From positions 2,728,307 through 2,792,306 of the forward strand of contig OZ244061.1 of assembly GCA_965215475.1 (NCBI GenBank): a stretch of 64,000 nt of DNA, written 5' to 3'. The translations under genes were made by a program, and so were the position numbers. This document shows, in pieces, positions 10,398-20,201 of this stretch; positions within the stretch are counted from its first letter, which is position 1, and each line of letters starts with the position of its first letter. This stretch comes from Rhodothermales bacterium. Lineage in GTDB: Bacteria; Bacteroidota; Rhodothermia; Rhodothermales; Bin80. The notes under the pieces are model-generated. The model ran no database searches and had not been told where the DNA came from. It saw only the letters and a list, made by a program, of their open reading frames with translations.

Positions 10398-11426
10398 ATG
10401 CATTTCAGTACAGTGAGGGCTATGTCTGATTTTGTTATATCCGTGAATCAATCTGATTCTTCCGACAGCATTAGACGTCCAGTTACGTCGACGGATTTAC
10501 GTATTTTGATGGAATCATCGCTCGCTCCACGAACACGTGAAGCTTACCGTAGCGAATGGAAGAAGTTATCGGCTTGGCTTCATGGCCGCTCACTCTGTGA
10601 TAAGTTATTAGCAGAGTATTTGGCCTGCTTATATAAGAAGGGTCTTGCACCAGCTTCAATCAGTTTAGTGCTAGCCGCTGTACGTTGTTTTTACCGTCTT
10701 GCGGATGTAGAGACGCCCGTTGGGCCTATGACAATAAGTGTCATGGGTGGTATTCGTCGCGAAGGTCGGGGGCGAGGCCGTGGCCAAGTTGCGCCTATTC
10801 GGTTTCGAGATGCAGATTTGTTAGCAATGATGATTGAACGGGAAGCGTCTTTAGGATCTCCTGAAGCAGGAGCTCGGGATGCAGCATTGGTCAGCACAAT
10901 GAGCGATGCGATGCTCCGTGTATCTGAATTAGTTGCAATTCGTTGGAGCGATCTTCATTGGGAGCGTGATGGTTCTGGTCGGCTTACGATTCCTGTGTCA
11001 AAATCGGATCAGGAAGGGCAGGGTGCCGTGCTCTATCTGGGGGACTTGACCGTGACACGCCTGAAAGCTTGGCGTAAGCTACAAGGCAGGGGTAAACACT
11101 TTGTATTTACAGGTATTCGGCGCGGGGGCTCAATTCAATCCAAGCCTCTAACTCGTCAGTCGGTGCGACGTATCATTGTTATACATGCAAAGCGTTATCT
11201 ACCTCAATTATTTCCCGAGAGTAACTCCTCGTGTGAGGATGTAAGTTCCGCTCCTTCATCTCATTCGTTTCGGATAGGTTCTGCTCAGAGCCTTGTTCGT
11301 CGGGGAGCAACCCTTCCTCAGCTACAAACGGCTGGTCGATGGAAATCCCCGTCAATGCCTGCGGCATATTGCCGAAATGAAGCAGCAGCCTCTGGTGCCA
11401 TGGCACGTCTGCGCTATAACCGGTAA
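10398..11426 (+). CDS. Tyrosine recombinase/integrase
   Basis: 342 aa. The C-terminal catalytic region reads RVSELVAIRWSDL, HSFRIGSAQSL, GRWKSPSMPAAY (R..HxxR..Y). It is divergent from the trb operon. Confidence 0.9.
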   Translation: MHFSTVRAMSDFVISVNQSDSSDSIRRPVTSTDLRILMESSLAPRTREAYRSEWKKLSAWLHGRSLCDKLLAEYLACLYKKGLAPASISLVLAAVRCFYRLADVETPVGPMTISVMGGIRREGRGRGRGQVAPIRFRDADLLAMMIEREASLGSPEAGARDAALVSTMSDAMLRVSELVAIRWSDLHWERDGSGRLTIPVSKSDQEGQGAVLYLGDLTVTRLKAWRKLQGRGKHFVFTGIRRGGSIQSKPLTRQSVRRIIVIHAKRYLPQLFPESNSSCEDVSSAPSSHSFRIGSAQSLVRRGATLPQLQTAGRWKSPSMPAAYCRNEAAASGAMARLRYNR

Positions 11427-11829
11427 GGCTCTGAAAGTTTGGTAACACACACGATTATATCTTGCTACAAGTATTGAAATGAGGGGATCAAACTAAAATG
11501 ACTCTCCCAATAGGATCTCACGGACTGTTTGGTTTTCCTCAATCCGATAAGGAGTATTCGCTCAATCGCTCTCACATAAATTCCGTTTTTCAGTTTGCTT
11601 CGATGGTATTTAGATTGTAGTGTGTTATTCCACTAGCTCAGAACAAACCTTTGGTAGGAAATGAATACCGACTCAACTCGTAGTCTATCTGGGATACAAC
11701 TCGAACCCATAGAATTCGAACAGAAGGACTACCACAGTTCTCCACCGGAATACAAAATACTGGCTCTTCCCTTTTAAGAGTGGATAATCTATTTTTAGGG
11801 GCGTTTTGGATACAGATCTAATCCCCCAA

Positions 11830-12330
11830 TATGGAAGTAAATTGCATTGGAGAAGCATTCTTTGTTTCGAAACTCTCGTGCACGAGCTGTGACCATTATA
11901 ATCCGACTGTTGATGCTTTCAACTGACCATTACTGACGCTGAGAATCACTGCATTGATGATCCCTCACGGATGGTTTTGATAGCTTTTTTATCGATTCAA
12001 GCCGGCAGCGCATGACCCAGGATAACCATCTCTTCTATGCCTTCAAGTGCACAGGTGCGACTCCGATAATTCCACAGTGAGACCCCAAAATTATGGGCTT
12101 CGGATGGGGCCAGATATAAGGCGCACAGGACGAATTGGAAATTTTGTCGTTAAGCCGAGGTGGTTCGCAGTAGCACCACCCCAAGAAACTATTGTTTCAC
12201 CTCCATAAAATTGATAATCCAGCAAATGCTACGTCCAGATGAGGCCCCGTACGCTGATTTTCGTCTTAATCGTACACGTATGCACACCCGGGAAAATGCG
12301 CATAAATTTTTCAGATCAAGCAAGATGAGA
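11830..12330 (-). mobile_element. ISL3-like transposase remnant (multiple stops)
   Basis: The minus-strand translation contains VESINSRIIMVTARARVSKQRMLL, which resembles the ISL3-family C-terminal motif (E.lN..I......ArGfrn). Upstream, HFPGCAYVYD is broken by stops. This is a weak, memory-based match. Confidence 0.3.
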
Positions 12331-12750
12331 TGGAACTTAATCAATCAAAGCACGACTTCTTAAGTGTAACAAAGCTCCTCGGGCAAAATGGAGTACTCTC
12401 TCGAAGGATAATGCATATCTCATGATCGGCTCGACAAAAGAAACGATGATTCTCCAAATAGTTAATCAATTCAAAAATTCACAATATCAGTGCGTGAGTG
12501 CGTAAATCTCCATTCACTATGTTTTTAGTATTGCCCAACTATTCCCAACAACAGATGGTGTGATTAGGCAAACAGTGGGGAAAATTTCAAATATATCGAT
12601 GGGGAGAATATTGCGAAGTGTCAATAGATACCCAAAATTCTATAGGATAGTCAGGGGGGAGGAAGGCAAGTCAATCAAGGAACAAACAGCCCTCCATAGG
12701 GTATTTTTCTATACAAATCGCAGTAAAGACTTCTTTATTTAAACTCATAT

Positions 12751-13107
12751 ATGGGAGAACAGGATCCTGACGAATTTGGTCAATTTACCCGAGTTTCTCA
12801 CTTGCTCCGCAAGTCTGGACTCGAAGCAGATGAGGCAAACGAACTCACAGAACGTATCACGAACATGGCATCTATAAATGTATTAGACAGGATTGACACG
12901 ATCAGCGCTCGATTGGAATCCAAGTTTGATTCTCAGAACTCCAAGTTTGATTCTCAGAACTCCAGGATTGACACGATCAGCGCTCGATTGGAATCCAAGA
13001 TTGACTCTCAGAATGCAAAGTACAATACCTTGATTATCATCTTGAGTATATTAGCAGCCACAGGAGTTCTCGGATTTTTGGCAAACATCTTCAACTGGGG
13101 TGCCTAA
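12751..13107 (+). CDS. Small tail-anchored coiled-coil protein with heptad repeats
   Basis: 118 aa. RIDTISARLES occurs twice and (K/R)(F/I)DSQNS three times. The C-terminal TM segment is LIIILSILAATGVLGFLANIF. Confidence 0.65.
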   Translation: MGEQDPDEFGQFTRVSHLLRKSGLEADEANELTERITNMASINVLDRIDTISARLESKFDSQNSKFDSQNSRIDTISARLESKIDSQNAKYNTLIIILSILAATGVLGFLANIFNWGA

Positions 13108-13596
13108 TTCCCCATTTGCCAAATGAATCTGAGTCTACGCGGGTCCACATAATGTGGCACAACTTATTGCGATTCTCTGTTCATTTCTCAACACTTGTCT
13201 CTTAGATTGGGTGAACCTACGAGAGTGGTTGGAAGGGCGTATTCCAACGTATTGGGCTATTTCGCTGGAAGTAGAACAGTCGGTTGTTTGAAGGCAAGGT
13301 CGGAAAATTGAGAGGATCAGAGAATTTGACAAAGAACCGAATCATTTCGCACAAATTGTGATCGAACTTGGATAAAAAGTGTGAAAGCATCGGCGGTGCA
13401 AGAAGTAATTGAGGTTGCAGAGAGGTTTGAACGTCACTTTGTAGGGGTGCGTGATGCACTTTGACATCTGCAATTCATCCCGACATTGAACCTTGTCAAT
13501 CCATGTGGATCATAGCCTATGGGGTTTTCGGATGAGAACGATCAATCCAGACCTCCAGTAGGGCTCCTTCCATCACTGATTCCAACTCTCCCAACC

Positions 13597-13630
13597 AAAA
13601 GCGCCCCGATACCAAGAGGTACCGGGGCGC
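13597..13630 (-). terminator. Rho-independent terminator of giant gene A
   Basis: On the minus strand: GCGCCCCGGTAC-ctcttg-GTATCGGGGCGC followed by TTTT. A 12-bp stem (one G-U pair) lies about 40 nt after the stop. Confidence 0.8.
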
Positions 13631-13669
13631 CTTGTTTCCCACGTGAGTAGCTACGCTACTCGATCTGCT

Positions 13670-16600
13670 TTACTTCACCAGCGTCATGCGCCCCGTCTTC
13701 ACAAACCTGCTCTCTGCTCCTGTCGCAATCATCCGGTACAGGTAGGTCCCCGAGGCAAGACTCACCGCATTCAGCTCCATGCTCCGGTTCGCCCCCGCCT
13801 CAAACTCCTGCGCCGGCAGCGTCATCACTTCACGACCCAACATGTCCACAATCTGAAGACTCACACGAGCCGACTCCGGTAGATCAAACTGGATCCGCGT
13901 CGAAGGATTGAACGGGTTCGGATAGTTCCCATGCAAGGTGAACTCCGTCGGAAGCTCCTCCGCTTCGGCAACACTGGTCACATTGAAGTGCGCCACACGC
14001 TCCCCATTCACATCCACTCCGTAGACCTCCAAGCTTGCCGCCTGATTGGACAGGTTCAAGATCAAAGCCTCGCCCTGACGCCCCGCCAGATCCAACTGGA
14101 AGACCGCAACCTCCGTGTTGTCCGCCGTGGTGACCTGCAAGTTCACAAAGTCCGGCTCCAACTGCAAATACCGCGTCGTATTGTTGAACGCAAGCTGCCG
14201 CGTCAATACCCGATCCAACTGGTTACTGTTGGATGGATCCAACACATTCACGTTCACCGCCGGCGCATCGCCCGAGCCATGAACCAAGATCGCCTCCACC
14301 ATCGTGCTCGTACTGGATTTCAGGCGGGTTTCAATCGTGTTCACCGCAAGGTTGCCCAACATGCCGTGCGCGATGACCGCATAGCTCTTGTTTGCCCCCA
14401 ACGAAGGCAGGGTCACATCCGTGGTCTGCTCTGCCGGAGCACCCACTAACTGGAGCTGCACCTCATGGGATCCTGCGCTAAGCTTCGTATAGCCCGTCGC
14501 AGTCTGGAACCGCACGTTAGAAAGAAGCGGTGCCCCATCCAGAGATACATTCACCGGTGCAGGTAAGTCTGCGTTATGAATGATCTGAACCTCCGCCAAG
14601 CCACCCGTAATTTCCGCGCGGTGAATGGGGTTCTCAATCCCATTCGCTGCCACGCCCAAAATCGCACATGTGCCAATCTCCACCGTCTCCTGCGTCAAAT
14701 TCAGAACGCCATTCACATATCCGTTTTCCGCAAACGATTCGTCGCCATTTCCGGTGACGGAGGTTCCCGCCAATTTTGCATTCCCCCACTTACAATCCCA
14801 CTGCACCATGCGGATTCCCGCCTGATCAAATACGTTCACCAGTCCGCCCGCTCCAATCCGAACACGAGGATGCACATCCAACTCGTCTTTGAACTCCACT
14901 TTCCAGAAGATGTCCGCATATACATCCAGCGTTAACGCCCCTCCTGAGGTGACGATATTGTCGGCAGGCCAGGATGGTGTTGTCCCGTCGGGAACCGTAA
15001 TCGGCGTCACCGTCGCCGGCATCGCTTCCGATAAATCATCCTCCAGTTGCAGAATCAGCGGACGATAATGCGCCTCCTCTCCACTAGTACCCCCCACCGG
15101 GAACAGGTACCCACCGCTCAATTCCGCCGTCCCCCCAGAAATCCCATCCTTCACATGACGAGAAACCCCCGCCGAGGCATGCGTGCGACGAGTGCCTCCT
15201 GTGATCACTCTGCCACACTTCTCACCCATATCACAGTTGGTCACGGCATTGTTGCGCCCACGGAGATCCTCTTCAATGTTCGGGTTCTTCAACGTCCAGG
15301 TATACTGATCGCTGTGGATGATTCCTCGGGTCAGCGTCAACGTACTCGTTTCCCCTTGCGCGACATTACTCTCCAGCATGATCCCGTTGGCATTGTTGAT
15401 CTCTACCTTCCCCCCGAAGTCTGCCAGGGAACGCACCTTCTGCGCTTCTTTTCCTGAAAACTCCACATCGGCCTGGATCGCGTAATTTTTTGCGGTCGGA
15501 CCAAAGTCAAAGTCTCCCTCCAACTTGAGCTGCGTTCCGGCCTGCGTCGAGAACCGAGCCGCCGCTCCTGGACCAGAGACCTTGAAGCCCTTCTTGGCGG
15601 TCAAGTTCGTATGCGCACTCAAATAGATTGCATCCGTAGGGTCTTGCATATTTGCAGCTCCCGTCGCATTTGTAATGACCTTCGAAAAGTTTCCCTCAAT
15701 GGTCAGCGATCTTTTGGCGTCTGCAGTCCTCCCGGAAGAGAATCCTGCCGTCCCGCTGATCGTGAGATCCTTTTTGAATTCCAATGTATTCAACTCCTGA
15801 TAGAGTCTCGCAGAGGTAACGGCCACATTTTTGTTGATCGTGACCCTGGACCCGCGGAACTCAACCGACCCATTGGATACGTTCAGGGAGTCTACCGCTG
15901 CAGCCCCAGCACCCACCACATACAAGGTCCCGTCCGAGTTTGGTTCTGGTTTTGGTGGCGTTGATTTCTCTGGCGTCTTCATTCCATCAAACACGATGGT
16001 GTCAAATTTCGCGCCGATGATCTCCGTCTGCTTACTTCCTTTCGGCACCCGAATGAGTCCATTGACCGCGCTGCCTTGTTTCACGTCTAATTTCACATGA
16101 GGCCGTGCTACACCTATACTATTGGCCTCACGTCTCATATCTTCGGCCTCAATCGGATACTGAGAATCATCGAACAACCCATCCACCGGATTCGTCGTTT
16201 CGGGGCCTAGCTGGAGAGCACCCTTCTCGCCCACATCAATCGTCCCGACTCCAGCACTCGCTCCACTCTTCCCATTCCCCAAGGTGACGACCGCAGTGGC
16301 GTTGTCCAAACCCTTGCTACTGTTGAGCTGCCCCAATACATGGAGCTCGCCCCCACCCGTCATGATCTTGCCCGTTATCTTGCCCGTTTGCTTGTCTGCC
16401 GTGCCCACATCCACCTTGCCATGCACCACCACGTTATTTCCGTTGGCATGCAGCTCTCCGTTGTCAATCATCAAGGACGGATCATGTGCAATCGAGGGCC
16501 CAATCGTCAGATGAGATCCCTCTCCTTTCAGGTGTAGATGTCCATTAAAGATGTGGACCCCCTCGATCAGAGATTGCTTCTCGTCCACGATCACGACCGC

Positions 16601-19369
16601 ATCCTTATGATCTATCGCCACTTTCCGTACGCCCGTAAACCACTCGCTGTCAATCGTGTGCTCTTTCTCTACTACATACTTTAGAATATAACCGTGACCT
16701 TCGGTACGATTGGCTTCCTTATCCGGAACGTCCGTGCCAATGCTCCCCGGATCATTGGTGTCCAAACTCAGCGTGCCTTCCTTCACCGTAATCTGCTCCG
16801 TCACCATCAGCGTATTCTGCGTATCGGTTCCTGCAGCAAACAGAACCAGAGGGCCCTTGCAGAGTCCCAGGTTCTTGGTCTCGGTCACCTCATCCAGACG
16901 TAACTCTCCGCCATCCAGATAGATGGACAACGATTCAAGTGCCCCCTTCTCCGTGAGGCCTGTGACGATATCCGTGTTCCGGCTGGCATACACCAAGTGC
17001 TTCAGAGTAGACATGGATGACAATTCGCCATCCAATTCGCCATCAAGAAGTAGCGCGTCATTGACGGTGAGCGTTCCTCCATCGGCATCCAGATCGGATC
17101 CGCCACCAACATGAAGCGTCGTAACCGTCAGACTGCCATCTATCTCCAGATCTTCCAATGTGACCAACGTAGCAATCTCCAGACTATACGAACTTGGGAT
17201 CGTATGATCGCCTTCATCGGTCAGGATCAGGCGAGTCCCGGCACGTAGTGAAAGCGTGTTCGTGCACATTCCTTCATCCAGGGCCTCGGCAGCGACTTCC
17301 ATCTCAATCGGATTCCCCGATGCAAAAATGTCTCCGTCCAACTCCAGGTTGTGAACCGAAGTAGCTTTGGTCACAGCCGTCATATCGGCATCCAGAAGAA
17401 TTCTGTGATCATGATCTTCTTCTGCTTCAATATTCAAATCTCCTTCGATACGAGACGTGATCGTGGCGTCTTTGGCGCCCGCCTTCTTCGCCGCAAAAAT
17501 TACACGAGGAGCACAGCTTGTATCCTTGCGGTCCCGCGCGGCGAAATTATTATCACCCTCAGCATCGCGAGCATCTTGCTTAATGACAGAGGCGCGAATA
17601 TCCAAGTCTCCCTCAATCGTCACGGCATCCTGGAACTGCACACCTGGAATATAAAATCCAGGTCCTGCCGTTGCGGTGTTCTGATTCTTGAAGAACCGCA
17701 CATCCGACGGGTCGTCTACCAAGAGGTTCTCCTCCGACGCCGTGACGGTGATCTCGACGGAAGAGGGTGCTCCCTGACGCACCGTATTCGGCAACTTATC
17801 CAACGCCACCGTGAAGGTGCCCGCGGCTACTGTGGGTGATACCGTAAGGTCAACACTACTCGTCGTGCCACTACTAATCGGTATACTCGGACTAGCCGGC
17901 GTCACCGAGCTGACTAGGGTCCCGCTCACGACCAATGGAACCGTCACCGTAGTGTTATCTGGATGCGGTTTGCCGAGGGTCGCGGTCACCGTCACGGTTC
18001 CACCTGCACCCGCCACCAATGGGTTGGGGGTGGTGGTTGCAGTCAAACTCACCACAGGCGTATCCACGATGCGAACTTCGTCCATTGCAGTGCGATAGGT
18101 GCACGAAAACGGAACGTTGTCCGCCTCGCTGGCCAGCTTGACGCCCTGTCGGATCGAAATGACAACATCAGAATCGTCGTCCCGAGCTGTACCAAAACCG
18201 GATAGGCTAGTCGGAAGTGCTCCATCTTCCATAATCACATCTCCCGTAATCGTTGCAGTCTGTTCAAACACCACCCGGGCATCGTTCCACTGCACCACAT
18301 CGCCATCCACCTCGACCTCCTTCCGGAAAATGACGTCCGTTGTGACATCCTGATTTAGGGTGGCAATATCAGCGAGTTCAGCGATACTTCCTGCGACCGT
18401 TATATCGCCAATCTTTGTGAGGTCCACACAGATATTTCCTGCCGCAATCGCACGGATCTCATTCTCGATCTCCCCGCTACCTGAAATCCAGACACAATCC
18501 TCATGATTCGCCACATTTTTACTATCCGGCATGTAGTCACTGCTCGAATGGAAAATGCTTTGGTCGGCATTGTCTCCTGTGCCACCAACGAATTTATCAG
18601 CTCCTAGGTCAGCTCGGTCTGCTTCGGTATTTGCATGAGCAATCCAAACGGTTCCGGGCCCATCAATCGTGCCATTCACGGTTAGGATTCCCTTCCGATC
18701 ACCTGCTCCTGACTTCTTCAGAGGAACACGCAGATCAATCTCCGTTGCAGCGGTTGCGCCGCCTACCGTCAGGGTTGCTCCACTATTCACCGTCAACTCA
18801 TCCACGCGAAGCACCGGATTCGCTCCGGATCCTTCGATCGTCAGATCCTCCGCGACGGTAAGTGCTGGAATCGTAGCACTCACGGTCGTTAATGTCCCCG
18901 TAATCGATAACCTTCCTCCAGGGTGGGTGTCCTTATCAGTGGCCTTCAAAACCGAAATCGTTCCCGCTGTCTCTATAATGGTAACATCCTCGAATTGAAC
19001 CGTGGTTAAGGGGTGGACCACAAATCCTCCCCCACCAATTGTAAATTCGTCCGTGAATTCGATCGTTCCCTTTACCGGGTCTCCACTTCCTCGCACATAG
19101 GTGCCAAATTGTACGGTGGCCTCTAGGGTAGCAGGTGGGTCTAGCGTGACCGTACCACCTACCCTCCGAACCCGAACCAAGAGAGTGTCTCCACTAGCAG
19201 CTGTTATTCCCGCAGCCAATGTGCACGGGGTGCCATTACTACAGTCCGTGTTCGTTGTAATCGGATCTACATACGTATATGTAATCTGCGCAAATGCGCC
19301 GGAGGCGGCAAACAGCATGGCCAACAGTGCCACGCAGCCAACCCCGAAAAGTTTAGTAAAATGTTTCAT
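13670..19369 (-). CDS. Giant secreted protein A (1899 aa), T9SS C-terminal sorting domain
   Basis: Signal peptide MKHFTKLFGVGCVALLAMLFAASGAFAQ. The C-terminus NYPNPFNPSTRIQFDLPESARVSLQIVDMLGREV...GTYLYRM is a type A Por/T9SS CTD. Two DUF4397-like modules precede it (VQIIHNADLPAPVNVSLDG; ILVHGSGDAPAVNVNVLD). The N-terminal half has beta-helix-like repeats. Confidence 0.9.
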   Translation of the reverse strand: MKHFTKLFGVGCVALLAMLFAASGAFAQITYTYVDPITTNTDCSNGTPCTLAAGITAASGDTLLVRVRRVGGTVTLDPPATLEATVQFGTYVRGSGDPVKGTIEFTDEFTIGGGGFVVHPLTTVQFEDVTIIETAGTISVLKATDKDTHPGGRLSITGTLTTVSATIPALTVAEDLTIEGSGANPVLRVDELTVNSGATLTVGGATAATEIDLRVPLKKSGAGDRKGILTVNGTIDGPGTVWIAHANTEADRADLGADKFVGGTGDNADQSIFHSSSDYMPDSKNVANHEDCVWISGSGEIENEIRAIAAGNICVDLTKIGDITVAGSIAELADIATLNQDVTTDVIFRKEVEVDGDVVQWNDARVVFEQTATITGDVIMEDGALPTSLSGFGTARDDDSDVVISIRQGVKLASEADNVPFSCTYRTAMDEVRIVDTPVVSLTATTTPNPLVAGAGGTVTVTATLGKPHPDNTTVTVPLVVSGTLVSSVTPASPSIPISSGTTSSVDLTVSPTVAAGTFTVALDKLPNTVRQGAPSSVEITVTASEENLLVDDPSDVRFFKNQNTATAGPGFYIPGVQFQDAVTIEGDLDIRASVIKQDARDAEGDNNFAARDRKDTSCAPRVIFAAKKAGAKDATITSRIEGDLNIEAEEDHDHRILLDADMTAVTKATSVHNLELDGDIFASGNPIEMEVAAEALDEGMCTNTLSLRAGTRLILTDEGDHTIPSSYSLEIATLVTLEDLEIDGSLTVTTLHVGGGSDLDADGGTLTVNDALLLDGELDGELSSMSTLKHLVYASRNTDIVTGLTEKGALESLSIYLDGGELRLDEVTETKNLGLCKGPLVLFAAGTDTQNTLMVTEQITVKEGTLSLDTNDPGSIGTDVPDKEANRTEGHGYILKYVVEKEHTIDSEWFTGVRKVAIDHKDAVVIVDEKQSLIEGVHIFNGHLHLKGEGSHLTIGPSIAHDPSLMIDNGELHANGNNVVVHGKVDVGTADKQTGKITGKIMTGGGELHVLGQLNSSKGLDNATAVVTLGNGKSGASAGVGTIDVGEKGALQLGPETTNPVDGLFDDSQYPIEAEDMRREANSIGVARPHVKLDVKQGSAVNGLIRVPKGSKQTEIIGAKFDTIVFDGMKTPEKSTPPKPEPNSDGTLYVVGAGAAAVDSLNVSNGSVEFRGSRVTINKNVAVTSARLYQELNTLEFKKDLTISGTAGFSSGRTADAKRSLTIEGNFSKVITNATGAANMQDPTDAIYLSAHTNLTAKKGFKVSGPGAAARFSTQAGTQLKLEGDFDFGPTAKNYAIQADVEFSGKEAQKVRSLADFGGKVEINNANGIMLESNVAQGETSTLTLTRGIIHSDQYTWTLKNPNIEEDLRGRNNAVTNCDMGEKCGRVITGGTRRTHASAGVSRHVKDGISGGTAELSGGYLFPVGGTSGEEAHYRPLILQLEDDLSEAMPATVTPITVPDGTTPSWPADNIVTSGGALTLDVYADIFWKVEFKDELDVHPRVRIGAGGLVNVFDQAGIRMVQWDCKWGNAKLAGTSVTGNGDESFAENGYVNGVLNLTQETVEIGTCAILGVAANGIENPIHRAEITGGLAEVQIIHNADLPAPVNVSLDGAPLLSNVRFQTATGYTKLSAGSHEVQLQLVGAPAEQTTDVTLPSLGANKSYAVIAHGMLGNLAVNTIETRLKSSTSTMVEAILVHGSGDAPAVNVNVLDPSNSNQLDRVLTRQLAFNNTTRYLQLEPDFVNLQVTTADNTEVAVFQLDLAGRQGEALILNLSNQAASLEVYGVDVNGERVAHFNVTSVAEAEELPTEFTLHGNYPNPFNPSTRIQFDLPESARVSLQIVDMLGREVMTLPAQEFEAGANRSMELNAVSLASGTYLYRMIATGAESRFVKTGRMTLVK

Positions 19370-19461
19370 GTGTTTGGGCCTCTGCCCGTTGAGTTATGAA
19401 TTTAGATGCAATCCGGCACTGGGATGACAAGCCATAGTAGATAAACCTAATTCGACATAGG
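19370..19461 (-). promoter_or_regulatory. Conserved 92-bp upstream block (promoter/5' UTR) of giant gene A
   Basis: Identical to the reverse complement of 28055-28146. Homology stops abruptly at 19461/19462. Confidence 0.7.
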
Positions 19462-20036
19462 GAACTCTATTTTATCGGATCAGACCGTCGATCGAATCTC
19501 TCTATTCTCCTTCTGGGGCATGGTGAAGACAGCACCATAGAAGCCCTAGATGCAAGGGAGCGGTGGATGCACCTGAATCATTTTGAATGTTGAATACCGT
19601 AGTTGATTTCCTGATGAAGAGCTCCTTGCATGTGCATGTTTTGTCCACGACCGAATCCCTCGCGCCCATTCTTTGGCAGTAATTAAGATTATGACAATTC
19701 CTTGGGCGAATACGCTAGAGTACTGGGCGGTTGATGTGCTATAAGCAACCAAAACCAGACAAAAACAGCCAATCTACTTCGGTGTGGGTTTCACGAAATC
19801 CATGGAGGGATGCATCGCAGGGGGGAACTGCGGAATGGAACGAAGAACCTTAGGGGATGTGGAACAGGTGAGTATGGAGGAAAAAGCCCTGAAGCGAGGG
19901 TGTGTATGCAACGATCATCTATGATTTCACTGGTAGAACCGTTCTTAACGTAGGGGAAGAACGCACGAAAAAAGGCACCATCGCGCTTTTATAGCACCTT
20001 TTTGTGTACTCAGCGCGTTCTTTCATCTCATTTTAC

Positions 20037-20098
20037 ACATCCCACAGAGGTGGATCCCCTCTTAGTAGTGTTGAAGTTTCAATAATGGAACTTGGCTT
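20037..20098 (+). repeat. ~60-bp block homologous to the pre-ORF region of the group II intron (244-300)
   Basis: ATCCCACAGAGGTGGATCCCCTCTTAGTAGTG...TAATGGAA here matches ATCCCACAGGGGCGGATCCCCTCGTAGTAGTG...TAATGGAA at 244-300. GTGTG at 19792 lies about 250 bp upstream, similar to the arrangement at 13-17. This is a possible remnant of a second intron copy. Confidence 0.4.
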
Positions 20099-20201
20099 CC
20101 CCCTTAAATTGAGGGCATTTAGGGGCAACAGTATTGGATTTAGGAGGGAAGTCAAGTACGTATGATATAAAGACAGATGATTGCATGAATCTGCGGCATT
20201 C

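Larger units (their letters stand above)
13575..19461 (-). repeat. Left arm of the ~5.8-kb inverted repeat (giant gene A plus shared flanks)
   Basis: The reverse complement matches 28055-33850. Identity covers 92 bp upstream of the ATG plus the first 28 codons, and is near-complete over most of the 3' 60% and about 100 bp past the stop. Confidence 0.9.

Noticed and set aside
11690-11760. GGTTCGA-like T-loop motifs near the integrase that might indicate a tRNA attachment site
   Set aside because: No complementary T-stem, acceptor stem or anticodon arm could be built on either strand.
13931-19427. Dozens of 60-170 aa antisense ORFs inside the giant genes, mirrored in both copies (for example 13931-14449 and 32971-33489)
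   Set aside because: They lie antisense to a long, well-supported CDS, have Arg/His/Gln-rich low-complexity composition, and are duplicated only because the host gene is duplicated.
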